From: Acidobacteriota bacterium
Lineage (GTDB): Bacteria > Acidobacteriota > UBA890 > WLXD01
Direction of reading: 5' to 3'
NCBI GenBank assembly: GCA_965248695.1
Contig: CBDFKD010000002.1
Location: forward strand, 1,568,001-1,632,000
Length of the DNA: 64,000 nucleotides
A program made the translations under genes and the position numbers. The notes under the pieces are model-generated. The model did not search any database. It saw only the letters and a program-made list of their open reading frames with translations, and was not told where the DNA came from. Every line of letters starts with the position of its first letter. Positions within the stretch are counted from its first letter, which is position 1. This document shows positions 1 through 7,847 of the stretch, piece after piece.

Positions 1-504
1 GATGAGCTCGTAGCCGCTGTACGGCAACACCGAGAGCACGTCTTCCATGGCCTCACGAGCACCGTCGGGAAGCTCGGGCATCTCCCCGCTGTCGCTGGCG
101 GAGAGCAGGATGACGCGGAACTCCTGGGTTGGCGGTGGCACGTCGCGGGCGCGGAGAAGATCCGCCAGCCGGCCATGCGTCGCTTCGTCGCCGTGCAGGG
201 CGAACTGGTTGTCGCTGATGCCCTCGACGTGGCAGCGATCGTCGACCTGTCGCCCGAGTTTGTCATCGTCATCGGCTTCGCAGACCTGGAACGCCAGCAG
301 CATGCCGGTCTCACCGCTGATGAACCGGGTCTGATAGATACGCATGGTTCCCGCTGGCTCCTGAGCGAGGACTTGGACGGGCCCCGCCAGCGCCGCGAGC
401 ACGAAGATCAGCATGCCGACACTGTGCGTCGAAACCAACGCTCGGCGCTCGGAACGCTCGTGGTCGGAAGGGCGGTGAACGTTGCTGCGGGTTGTCGAGC
501 TCAT
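1..504 (-). CDS. Hypothetical exported protein (3' end beyond the window edge), third gene of the ECF sigma operon
   Basis: Open frame from ATG at 504 (SD AAGGAG upstream): MSSTTRSNVHRP...GMLIFVLAALAGPVQVLAQEP (signal-peptide-like)...; runs off the window, so absent from the ORF track. Confidence 0.7.
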   Translation of the reverse strand, partial: MSSTTRSNVHRPSDHERSERRALVSTHSVGMLIFVLAALAGPVQVLAQEPAGTMRIYQTRFISGETGMLLAFQVCEADDDDKLGRQVDDRCHVEGISDNQFALHGDEATHGRLADLLRARDVPPPTQEFRVILLSASDSGEMPELPDGAREAMEDVLSVLPYSGYELI

Positions 505-544
505 CAGCTTGCTCCTTGGCGGCTGTCCTGGTCGGTATGGCGGC

Positions 545-1078
545 TCAGCGCCGCGTTTCGGTGGGTTCAAAGTCCGGGTCGAGTGTCCAGATGATCCGCG
601 TCCCCTGCGGTGCGGTGAATCGAAGAGCCCTCGCCGGCCGTGACGGAATCTCGCCAGGTGGCGACGCGACGAGCCGCGGCGCGGCAGGCAGCGCGGCGGT
701 CCGTCGCATGACCGGAGAAGGGTCGACGGCTCGAGACGTATCGACTTCGGGAACCACCGCCGCCGCGACGTGCGGCGTGGGATCATCGTCCAGCGCGGAC
801 GGCACCGAGACCGACTCGGGAAGACGTTCGGCCTCCGGTGCCGAGACCCTGGTGAGAGACAACGGCAACCAGCTGGCAAGCCACAGAGTCGCCAGCACCC
901 CCAACGCCGCCAGACCGAACCGTGACCCGGCCAGGCCGGGTACGGGCCGCAGGGTCGCGGTCCGCATGCGAGCCTGGATACGCTGTCGCTCGATGCTCGA
1001 TAGCTCCTGACCCTGATACGGATCACCGCGCCGCAACAGCTGGCCGATCTCATCGTGCGGTTCGCGTCTGATAGTCAT
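545..1078 (-). CDS. Putative membrane-anchored anti-sigma factor
   Basis: ATG at 1078 overlaps the sigma stop (ATGA); short N-terminal cytoplasmic part (LLRRGDP), single TM (FGLAALGVLATLWLASWL), Pro/Ala-rich linker, C-terminal FTAPQGTRIIWTLDP. Confidence 0.65.
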   Translation of the reverse strand: MTIRREPHDEIGQLLRRGDPYQGQELSSIERQRIQARMRTATLRPVPGLAGSRFGLAALGVLATLWLASWLPLSLTRVSAPEAERLPESVSVPSALDDDPTPHVAAAVVPEVDTSRAVDPSPVMRRTAALPAAPRLVASPPGEIPSRPARALRFTAPQGTRIIWTLDPDFEPTETRR

Positions 1079-1629
1079 TCTCCATCCTCTCCAGTGCCCA
1101 GTATCTGGCGCAGCTGCCGACGCGCCGCACTCAGATGCCACCGCACCGTTGCCTCGCGCAGCCCGAGCAGACGACCCGTCGCCGCCGCATCGAGTCCCTC
1201 GAGCTCCCGCAACACCACGACCGCTCGACGGCGTGGGGGTAGCTGGGCCAGCGCCCAGCGCACGGTGGCACGGGCGATGGCGCGCGATTCGGGCGACGAG
1301 TCCTGCGGCGGTATGGGAATGTCGTCGCGATGGCTGCGGCGCACCCGTAGGCGACGCCATCGATCGCGGCACAGGTTGACCAGCACGCGCACCATCCAGG
1401 GCTCCGCCGCGGCCCCTGCGGGCACACGCTGCGGTGCCCGAGCGGCGCGCAGGAAGCTGTCCTGAACCAGGTCGCGTGCCTCGTCGGGATCGCCGGCCAT
1501 GCGCAACGCGATGGCATACAGCCGTTGATGGTGCAGCTCGAACAGGGTGGCAAGCCTGTCAGCCGCCGATTCGGCGGCGGCGGGCTCTGCCTCACGGGTC
1601 CGTAGCGCCAGTATCGTTTCCACACTCAT
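1075..1629 (-). CDS. ECF-family RNA polymerase sigma-70 factor
   Basis: Region 2 (LYAIALRMAGDPDEARDLVQDSFLRA...WMVRVLVNLCRDRWRR) and region 4 (LPPRRRAVVVLRELEGL...TVRWHLSAARRQL). Confidence 0.93.
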   Translation of the reverse strand: MSVETILALRTREAEPAAAESAADRLATLFELHHQRLYAIALRMAGDPDEARDLVQDSFLRAARAPQRVPAGAAAEPWMVRVLVNLCRDRWRRLRVRRSHRDDIPIPPQDSSPESRAIARATVRWALAQLPPRRRAVVVLRELEGLDAAATGRLLGLREATVRWHLSAARRQLRQILGTGEDGE

Positions 1630-1632
1630 ATC

Positions 1633-1657
1633 GACGCGCGGCGGCCGAGAACCGTTG
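1633..1657 (-). promoter_or_regulatory. Putative ECF autoregulatory promoter (-35 CAAC, 17 nt, -10 CGTC)
   Basis: Minus strand reads CCCAAC-GGTTCTCGGCCGCCGCG-CGTC-GATATG directly before the sigma start; AAC...CGT is the common ECF promoter pattern. Confidence 0.45.
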
Positions 1658-1729
1658 GGTCGAGATTGTCGGGACCCCTTCGCCAGTGGCTCGAAGGGAC
1701 CCGCCCCGGGGCCAGAGGCAGCTGATCGA

Positions 1730-2689
1730 TCACGGCATCTGGTCGGCCAGAATCGCGCTCAGCACGGTGGCGTCGATGTTGCCGCCGGACACGATCCTGC
1801 CGCTGCCCGCCCTGCCGGCGATGGCCGCTGCCACCGACGCCGCGCCGGCGCCCTCGGCGACAATGGCTCGCTGCCGCAACAGCAGGCGGATGGCGGCGGC
1901 AATTTCCTCCGGGCTGGATACAAGAGAGCCTTCGAGCATTGGCCGCGCCCGCTGCCACATTTGCTCGAACAACTGCGGTCCACCGATGCCGTCAACGAAG
2001 CTACGTCGGTGGTCGATGTCCACCGGTCGGCCGGCGGCCACCGCGGCGGCAAGCGGCGCAGCAGTGTCCACCTCAGCAGCGTAGAGCCGGGCCTGCGGGC
2101 GAATCTGGTGGAATACGCCAGCCACGCCACAGAAGAGTCCGCCGCCGCCGTACGGAATCACCACCGCGTCCACGTCGGCAAGGTCTTCGAGAACCTCCAG
2201 GGCTATGGTCGAGTTGCCGGCCATCACCGCGTCGTCGTCAAACGCGTGAACGAAGGTGCCGCGCATTCCCGGGTACTGTCGTGTAGCGAAGATCCGGAAC
2301 CAGTCCAAATACGGCACCTCCACCAACTCGGCGCCGAGCGCGCCGATGGCCGCCAGCTTCACCTCGGGCGCGCCCTCCGGTACGGCTACCGTGCACTTCA
2401 CTCCGAGATGCCGGGCGCACCAGGCCACACCCTGGGCCATGTTGCCGGCGCTCGCCGTCCACACGCCGCGCTGCATCTCCGAAGGCTCCATCGACAGCAT
2501 CGCGTTGGCGGCCCCGCGGAGCTTGAACGAGCGAATCGGCTGCAGATTCTCGAGCTTCAACCAGATCTCGGCCGACCCGACGTCAGCGTCGAGCGGTACC
2601 AGCGGCGTTCGCAACGCGATGTCACCGATGCGATCGCGGGCGGCATACGCCGCAGCCAGCTCCGAAGCTCGTGGCAGCTCGGCGGACAA
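1730..2689 (-). CDS. PLP-dependent threonine/serine dehydratase family protein
   Basis: LKLENLQPIRSFKLRGA (PLP lysine), ASAGNMAQG, PYGGGGL, SGGNID. Confidence 0.9.
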   Translation of the reverse strand: MSAELPRASELAAAYAARDRIGDIALRTPLVPLDADVGSAEIWLKLENLQPIRSFKLRGAANAMLSMEPSEMQRGVWTASAGNMAQGVAWCARHLGVKCTVAVPEGAPEVKLAAIGALGAELVEVPYLDWFRIFATRQYPGMRGTFVHAFDDDAVMAGNSTIALEVLEDLADVDAVVIPYGGGGLFCGVAGVFHQIRPQARLYAAEVDTAAPLAAAVAAGRPVDIDHRRSFVDGIGGPQLFEQMWQRARPMLEGSLVSSPEEIAAAIRLLLRQRAIVAEGAGAASVAAAIAGRAGSGRIVSGGNIDATVLSAILADQMP

Positions 2690-2717
2690 TGTCTGCGGCA
2701 GCGGATCGACCGCGACC

Positions 2718-4172
2718 TCAGCCGCCGACGATCGCCAGTGGCCGATACTGCTTCCACCGACCGCGAGTGAAATCCGGAACCGCTACCGGGGCGCTGCCGG
2801 CGGCCACCGATCGCTCGCTGACCTCGGATATGGCGCTCCAGGCAACTGAGTCGTACACGTCGATGTCGTACGCGATCCCCTCGCGCAAGCACTGGATCAG
2901 CCGCCAGTCCTCGACGAAATCCATGCCGCCGTGGCCGGCACCGCTGGAGTCCTCACTCAGGCGGCGCCACAGTGGATGCTCGAACTCCTCGTAGTACGCC
3001 TCGGCGTTCTCCCAAGAGTGTCCGTCCGAGCGCCCCTCGATATGCACCCGATCGGGGTAACCCTGAAAGATCCCGCGCGTGCCCTGCAGCATGTTGATGC
3101 GACTGTAGGGCCGCGGCAGGTTGGTATCGTGCACGACTTTGATCGTCTTGCCGTTGGCTGTCTTGATCAGGCTGGTGTTGACGTCACCCAGCGTGAAGGT
3201 CTCGTCGCGCTTGGTGTGGCCGGGCTCGTAGTGCTCGCGAGCCCAATCCTGTAGGCCCCTCGACGGGCCGCTCATCGAGACCAGGTAGTCGAATCGGTCG
3301 CCCCGGTTGATGTTCATGCACTGCGCCACCGGTCCGAGCCCATGCGTCGGATAGAGGTTGCCGTCTCGGATCATCGCGTGGGCTCGACGCCACATTCCCT
3401 CGCCCTCGTCAGCGAACTTGATTTCACGCAAGTCGTGCAGGTAGCCACACTCGGCATGCAGGATCTCGCCAAGCAGTCCCTGTCGCACGAGGTTGAGAAC
3501 CATCATCTCGACGCGGCCGTAGCAGACGTTCTCCATCATGATGCAGTGGCGTGCATGCCGCTCGGCGGACTCGACCAGCCGCCAGCAATCCTCCACCGTG
3601 ACCGCGATCGGCACCTCGGAGGCAGCGTGCTTGCCGGCCTCCATCGCCGCCAGGCATACGGGAACGTGCCAACGCCACGGCGTTGCCGTGTAGACGAGGT
3701 CGAGCTCGGCGTCGTCGCATAGCCGACGGAAGTCCTCTTCGCCGCGCATGTACAGCGCCGGCCTCGGGTGTCCGGCGGCCTCGACGAGCTTGGCCGCACG
3801 TTCGGCGTTCGATTCGTCTATGTCACAAATGGCGGCAACCCGACAGCCATCGACGCGCGTCAGGTTGCGGACGTGCGCGGTCCCCATGCCGCCGACACCG
3901 ACAAACCCGATACGCACCTCTTCGATCGGCGCCGCCGACGGTCGATCGGCAGGGGCCGGACCCATCGTCGCCCCGTGGTCCACGACTTCCGCACCGGACC
4001 AGGTCGGGATCTGATAGGTCTTGGTACTGATCTGTGCATGCGCCGAGTTGGGCAGCGCAGTGCCGCCGACGAGCGCCGCACCCATTCCGGCAACGCCCAT
4101 CCTGATAGCGTCGCGGCGGCTAACGGCGGGCTGCTCGGAGTCGTTGTGCTTCGTGTCGTGCTGATCGTTCAT
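2718..4172 (-). CDS. Gfo/Idh/MocA-family protein, GH109 (alpha-N-acetylgalactosaminidase-like), Tat-exported
   Basis: SRRDAI Tat motif, Rossmann GFVGVGGMG, ATPWRWH, ENVCY, YLHDLR, YPTHGLGP, GHGGMDF; start re-called to ATG 4172. Confidence 0.85.
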   Translation of the reverse strand: MNDQHDTKHNDSEQPAVSRRDAIRMGVAGMGAALVGGTALPNSAHAQISTKTYQIPTWSGAEVVDHGATMGPAPADRPSAAPIEEVRIGFVGVGGMGTAHVRNLTRVDGCRVAAICDIDESNAERAAKLVEAAGHPRPALYMRGEEDFRRLCDDAELDLVYTATPWRWHVPVCLAAMEAGKHAASEVPIAVTVEDCWRLVESAERHARHCIMMENVCYGRVEMMVLNLVRQGLLGEILHAECGYLHDLREIKFADEGEGMWRRAHAMIRDGNLYPTHGLGPVAQCMNINRGDRFDYLVSMSGPSRGLQDWAREHYEPGHTKRDETFTLGDVNTSLIKTANGKTIKVVHDTNLPRPYSRINMLQGTRGIFQGYPDRVHIEGRSDGHSWENAEAYYEEFEHPLWRRLSEDSSGAGHGGMDFVEDWRLIQCLREGIAYDIDVYDSVAWSAISEVSERSVAAGSAPVAVPDFTRGRWKQYRPLAIVGG

Positions 4173-4328
4173 GGCTTCGTCCGGGCAGGTTCGCTGAACG
4201 GATGCCGGCAGCATAGCAACTTGGCGGCCGGTAGTCTCCGGACGAACTTCGCGCGGCGTATGGTTTCCAGCCAGCACCCCGCTCCGGGCCACAGATACGA
4301 CAGCAACCTGACAGGAGATTCATCGCGG

Positions 4329-5099
4329 TTGCGACACGCGCAGCGGACCCGCGTATTCATCGGCGACGTGCACGGCTGCGCCGACGAGCTGCAGGATCTA
4401 CTGGAGGCGTTGCACTACGATCCAGCCGAGCACGCCCTTCACTTCGTGGGCGATCTCGTCAACCGTGGGCCAGGATCGTTGCGGACGCTCCGCGACGTGA
4501 TCCGGCTCGACGCCGACTGCGTGCTCGGAAATCATGAGTTGCACCTGCTGGCACGGGCGGCCGGCCACCGGCCTGCGGCTCCCCGAGATACGCTGGACGA
4601 GATCCTCGCGGCGCCCGACCGTGAGGTGTTGCTGGAGTGGGTGCGCTCGCAGCCGGTGCTGCGATTGTGGCCCGACGTCGTTCTCGTACATGCCGGGGTG
4701 CCGGCAACGTGGACGGATCTCGAGGCGGAGGCGGCCCGGGTCAATGCGCTCGTGCAGGCGAACCCTCTCTCGGAGCATACCGATATCAGCTTTCTGGTCG
4801 CGGTCCGCACCTGTGACCCCGACGGACGGATGGTGCGCGGCGCTTGCGACACCGAACCGCCGTCGTCGGGCGCCCCGGACACCGCCCCGCGGGGGCCTGC
4901 CGGAGTTCCCTGGTACGACGCGTACCGTAGAGACCGCACGGTGGTGTTCGGACACTGGGCGGAGCGTGGACTGGTGAACGCTGAACACCTGCGTGGACTC
5001 GACACTGCCTGCGTATGGGGCGGCCGCCTCACTGCCTGGATCGCCGAAGAGGACGAGTTTGTCTCGGTAGCGGCAAGAAAGCAGTATCAGAGGTCATGA
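4329..5099 (+). CDS. apaH: Symmetrical bis(5'-nucleosyl)-tetraphosphatase (ApaH-like metallophosphoesterase)
   Basis: GDVHG, GDLVNRGP, VLGNHE, VHAG, FGHWA, LDTACVWGGRLTA; TTG start after AGGAGA. Confidence 0.8.
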   Translation: MRHAQRTRVFIGDVHGCADELQDLLEALHYDPAEHALHFVGDLVNRGPGSLRTLRDVIRLDADCVLGNHELHLLARAAGHRPAAPRDTLDEILAAPDREVLLEWVRSQPVLRLWPDVVLVHAGVPATWTDLEAEAARVNALVQANPLSEHTDISFLVAVRTCDPDGRMVRGACDTEPPSSGAPDTAPRGPAGVPWYDAYRRDRTVVFGHWAERGLVNAEHLRGLDTACVWGGRLTAWIAEEDEFVSVAARKQYQRS

Positions 5100-6043
5100 G
5101 CAGCACCGAGCTCGAACAAGGGATCGTACCCACACCGGACGGTGCCGGCCTCTGCGCTTATCGCCTAGGCTCCGGCGAGCAGTCGGTGGTCATTCCAAAC
5201 GCTATCTACCTGCTCGAGCACTTCGCCTATCTCGCCCGCGACCATACGGTGGTGGCCTACGACCTGCGCAATCGCGGCCGCTCGGCACCCGTCCGTGATC
5301 GAGCATTGCTACATCGGGGCATTCATCACGACGTCGAGGATATCGAGACGGTTCGCCAGTTCTTCGATCTCGAGCGCCCACATCTGATCGGCCACTCCTA
5401 TCTCGGCCTGGTCGTCATCCTGTACGCCATCTCCAATCCGCAGCACTGCGGACGCATCGTCCAGATCGGAGCACCAAGCCCCGAGCCCGGCACGAGCTAT
5501 CCGCCCGAGTGGAGCGCTCCCGACTTGGAAGCAATCGCCAGCTCCGAGGCCGCACTCGAGCTGCAAGAGCTCCGCGCAGCGGGCATGCCAGCCAGCGATC
5601 CGCAGGGATTCTGTGAGCGCTGGTGGGACTTCATGCGCCGGGTATACGTTGCCGTTCCGGGCTCCGAGGCGGCCCTGGGAACCCACCACTGCGCTTTCGA
5701 GAACGAGTGGCCGGTGAACCTCGAGGCGCACATGTCGGAGAACATCTTGCCGAGCATCTCGCGTCTCGAGCTGCGCCAGGACGATCTCGACCAGGTCCAG
5801 GTGCCGGTGCTGACCGTGCATGGTCGGCGCGACCGTAACTCCCCGTACGGGGCCGGGCGCGATTGGGCTACGCGGCTCAGCGATGCGCGGCTGCTGACCG
5901 TAGACGAGGCTGCTCACCTGCCGTTTCTGGAACGTCCGGACCTCGTCAGCCCCGCCGTGCGCCAGTTCCTCGCGGGCACGTGGCCAGCCGAGGCCGAGGA
6001 ACTCGAGAGGTCGGATGAGCCCGACGCGGGAGCCCGGAAATGA
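5096..6043 (+). CDS. Alpha/beta fold hydrolase
   Basis: YDLRNRGRS, GHSYLG nucleophile elbow, HGRRD, AAHLPFLE; ATGA overlap with apaH. Confidence 0.85.
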   Translation: MSSTELEQGIVPTPDGAGLCAYRLGSGEQSVVIPNAIYLLEHFAYLARDHTVVAYDLRNRGRSAPVRDRALLHRGIHHDVEDIETVRQFFDLERPHLIGHSYLGLVVILYAISNPQHCGRIVQIGAPSPEPGTSYPPEWSAPDLEAIASSEAALELQELRAAGMPASDPQGFCERWWDFMRRVYVAVPGSEAALGTHHCAFENEWPVNLEAHMSENILPSISRLELRQDDLDQVQVPVLTVHGRRDRNSPYGAGRDWATRLSDARLLTVDEAAHLPFLERPDLVSPAVRQFLAGTWPAEAEELERSDEPDAGARK

Positions 6044-6552
6044 AGGCAGCTGCCGCAGCGCGCCGGGTGGTCGACATCGACTGGCAGTCGTGGAACCCGG
6101 TCGACCGCGCCACGTTGCTTTTCGTTGTCAGCGACGACCGTATCCTGCTGATTCGCAAGAAGCGGGGGCTCGGCGCCGGCAAGATCAACGGGCCGGGTGG
6201 CCGCCTCGAGTCAGGCGAGACGTGGCGACAAGCCGCGATTCGTGAGGTGACCGAAGAGGTGTGCGTGGTGCCGGAGGGCGTCTGCGAGGCTGGCGAGCTG
6301 CGATTTCAGTTCGTCGACGGCTACTCGATCCAGGTGCGTGTGTACCGTGCCGACCGTTATGCCGGTGATCCGCAGGAAACCGACGAGGCGACGCCGCTGT
6401 GGTTCGCGGTCGACTCCATCCCTTACGCCGAGATGTGGGAGGACGACGCGTTGTGGTTGCCGTTGCTGCTGCAGCAGACGCGTTTCAGTGGGCGGTTCGT
6501 GTTCGCCGGCGACGCGCTGATTGATCATCACCTGGAAACGATCGAGGAGTAA
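6040..6552 (+). CDS. Nudix hydrolase, MTH1/8-oxo-dGTP diphosphatase-like
   Basis: LLIRKKRGLGAGKINGPGGRLESGETWRQAAIREVTEE Nudix box; IPYAEMWEDDALWLP typical of MTH1. Confidence 0.88.
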   Translation: MKAAAAARRVVDIDWQSWNPVDRATLLFVVSDDRILLIRKKRGLGAGKINGPGGRLESGETWRQAAIREVTEEVCVVPEGVCEAGELRFQFVDGYSIQVRVYRADRYAGDPQETDEATPLWFAVDSIPYAEMWEDDALWLPLLLQQTRFSGRFVFAGDALIDHHLETIEE

Positions 6553-6554
6553 TC

Positions 6555-7301
6555 ATGGACTGGCTGGCCGACCCGAACGTGCTGATCTCGCTGGTGACGC
6601 TGATCGTGCTGGAGATCGTGCTGGGCGTGGACAACATCATCTTCATAGCCATCCTGACGGCGAAGCTACCGGAATCGAAGCGCCCGACGGCGCGCACTCT
6701 GGGCCTCGGAGCCGCGATGGTGATGCGCGTCGCCCTGCTGTTCGCCATCACCTCGATCATGCGCCTGACGACACCGCTACTGGTGGTTCTCGGGCACGGC
6801 ATCAGCGGGCGCGACCTGATCCTGATCGGCGGTGGCCTGTTCCTTCTCGCCAAGGCGACCTTCGAGATCCACGACAAGCTGGAAGGACGAGAGGGGCATG
6901 CGGAGCCCGGCGCCGGCGTCAGCTTCATGGCGGTGATCGCGCAGATCATGGTGCTCGATATCGTGTTCTCGCTGGATTCGGTCATCACGGCAGTCGGGAT
7001 GGCCGACGAGATCTGGGTGATGGTGGTGGCCGTGATCGTTGCCGTCGGCGTCATGATGGCAACCTCGGGCCGGATCGCAGACTTCGTCGAGCGCCACCCG
7101 ACGGTGAAGATGCTGGCGCTCGCTTTCCTGCTACTGATCGGGATGTCGCTAGTGGCCGAGGGGCTCGGTCAACATATCCCCAAGGGGCACATCTACTTCG
7201 CGATGGGATTCTCGATCTTCGTCGAGATGCTCAACCTCCGACGCAGCGCCCGGACTGCGCCCCCGATCCAGCTTCGCCGACGCTACTCAGACAGAGACTA
7301 G
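6555..7301 (+). CDS. TerC family integral membrane protein
   Basis: LEIVLGVDNIIFI, LDIVFSLDSVITAVG, IPKGHIYFAMGFS. Confidence 0.93.
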   Translation: MDWLADPNVLISLVTLIVLEIVLGVDNIIFIAILTAKLPESKRPTARTLGLGAAMVMRVALLFAITSIMRLTTPLLVVLGHGISGRDLILIGGGLFLLAKATFEIHDKLEGREGHAEPGAGVSFMAVIAQIMVLDIVFSLDSVITAVGMADEIWVMVVAVIVAVGVMMATSGRIADFVERHPTVKMLALAFLLLIGMSLVAEGLGQHIPKGHIYFAMGFSIFVEMLNLRRSARTAPPIQLRRRYSDRD

Positions 7302-7318
7302 CGCCGGCAAGAGGGCCG

Positions 7319-7807
7319 CTAGTTGCGGCCACGCCGCGGCCAGAACCCGGCATGGATCCGTAGTCCGTCGTCCTCCATGACCGGTCCGACGACCTCGATC
7401 GTCCACCCGGCAGCCTTCCCGACCTTGCGCAACGACAACCCACGGTAGGGCTCGCCGATGACCTCGGTCATGGCCGCCGCGCCGACGCCGTAAACGACGC
7501 GCGGGATCGCCGCCCAGTAGATCGCCCCGGCACACATCAGACAGGGCTCCGTACTGGTGTAGAGGGTGGTTTCGACTAACTGATCGGATCCAAAAGAGCC
7601 CCAGGCGCTGCGGATAAGCTCGAGCTCGGCGTGGCGTGTGCCGTCGTTGCCGGTGTTGACGGCATTGCGGGCCTCGAGAACGACCTCATCGGCACGAACC
7701 AGCAACGCCCCGAACGGGTGGTCCCCCGCCTCTGCGGCCTCCTCTGCAAGCTCGTAGCAGCGCTGTACGAAAGCTCCGTCGCGCAGCGTCGCCGTCGGAT
7801 CGTTCAT
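7319..7807 (-). CDS. Zn-dependent nucleoside/nucleobase deaminase (cytidine/guanine deaminase superfamily)
   Basis: HPFGALL, HAE and STEPCLMCAGAIYW motifs. Confidence 0.88.
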   Translation of the reverse strand: MNDPTATLRDGAFVQRCYELAEEAAEAGDHPFGALLVRADEVVLEARNAVNTGNDGTRHAELELIRSAWGSFGSDQLVETTLYTSTEPCLMCAGAIYWAAIPRVVYGVGAAAMTEVIGEPYRGLSLRKVGKAAGWTIEVVGPVMEDDGLRIHAGFWPRRGRN

Positions 7808-7847
7808 ACCCAAGCCGCGGCGCGGTTTCTAGATACGCTTCGGAGCA

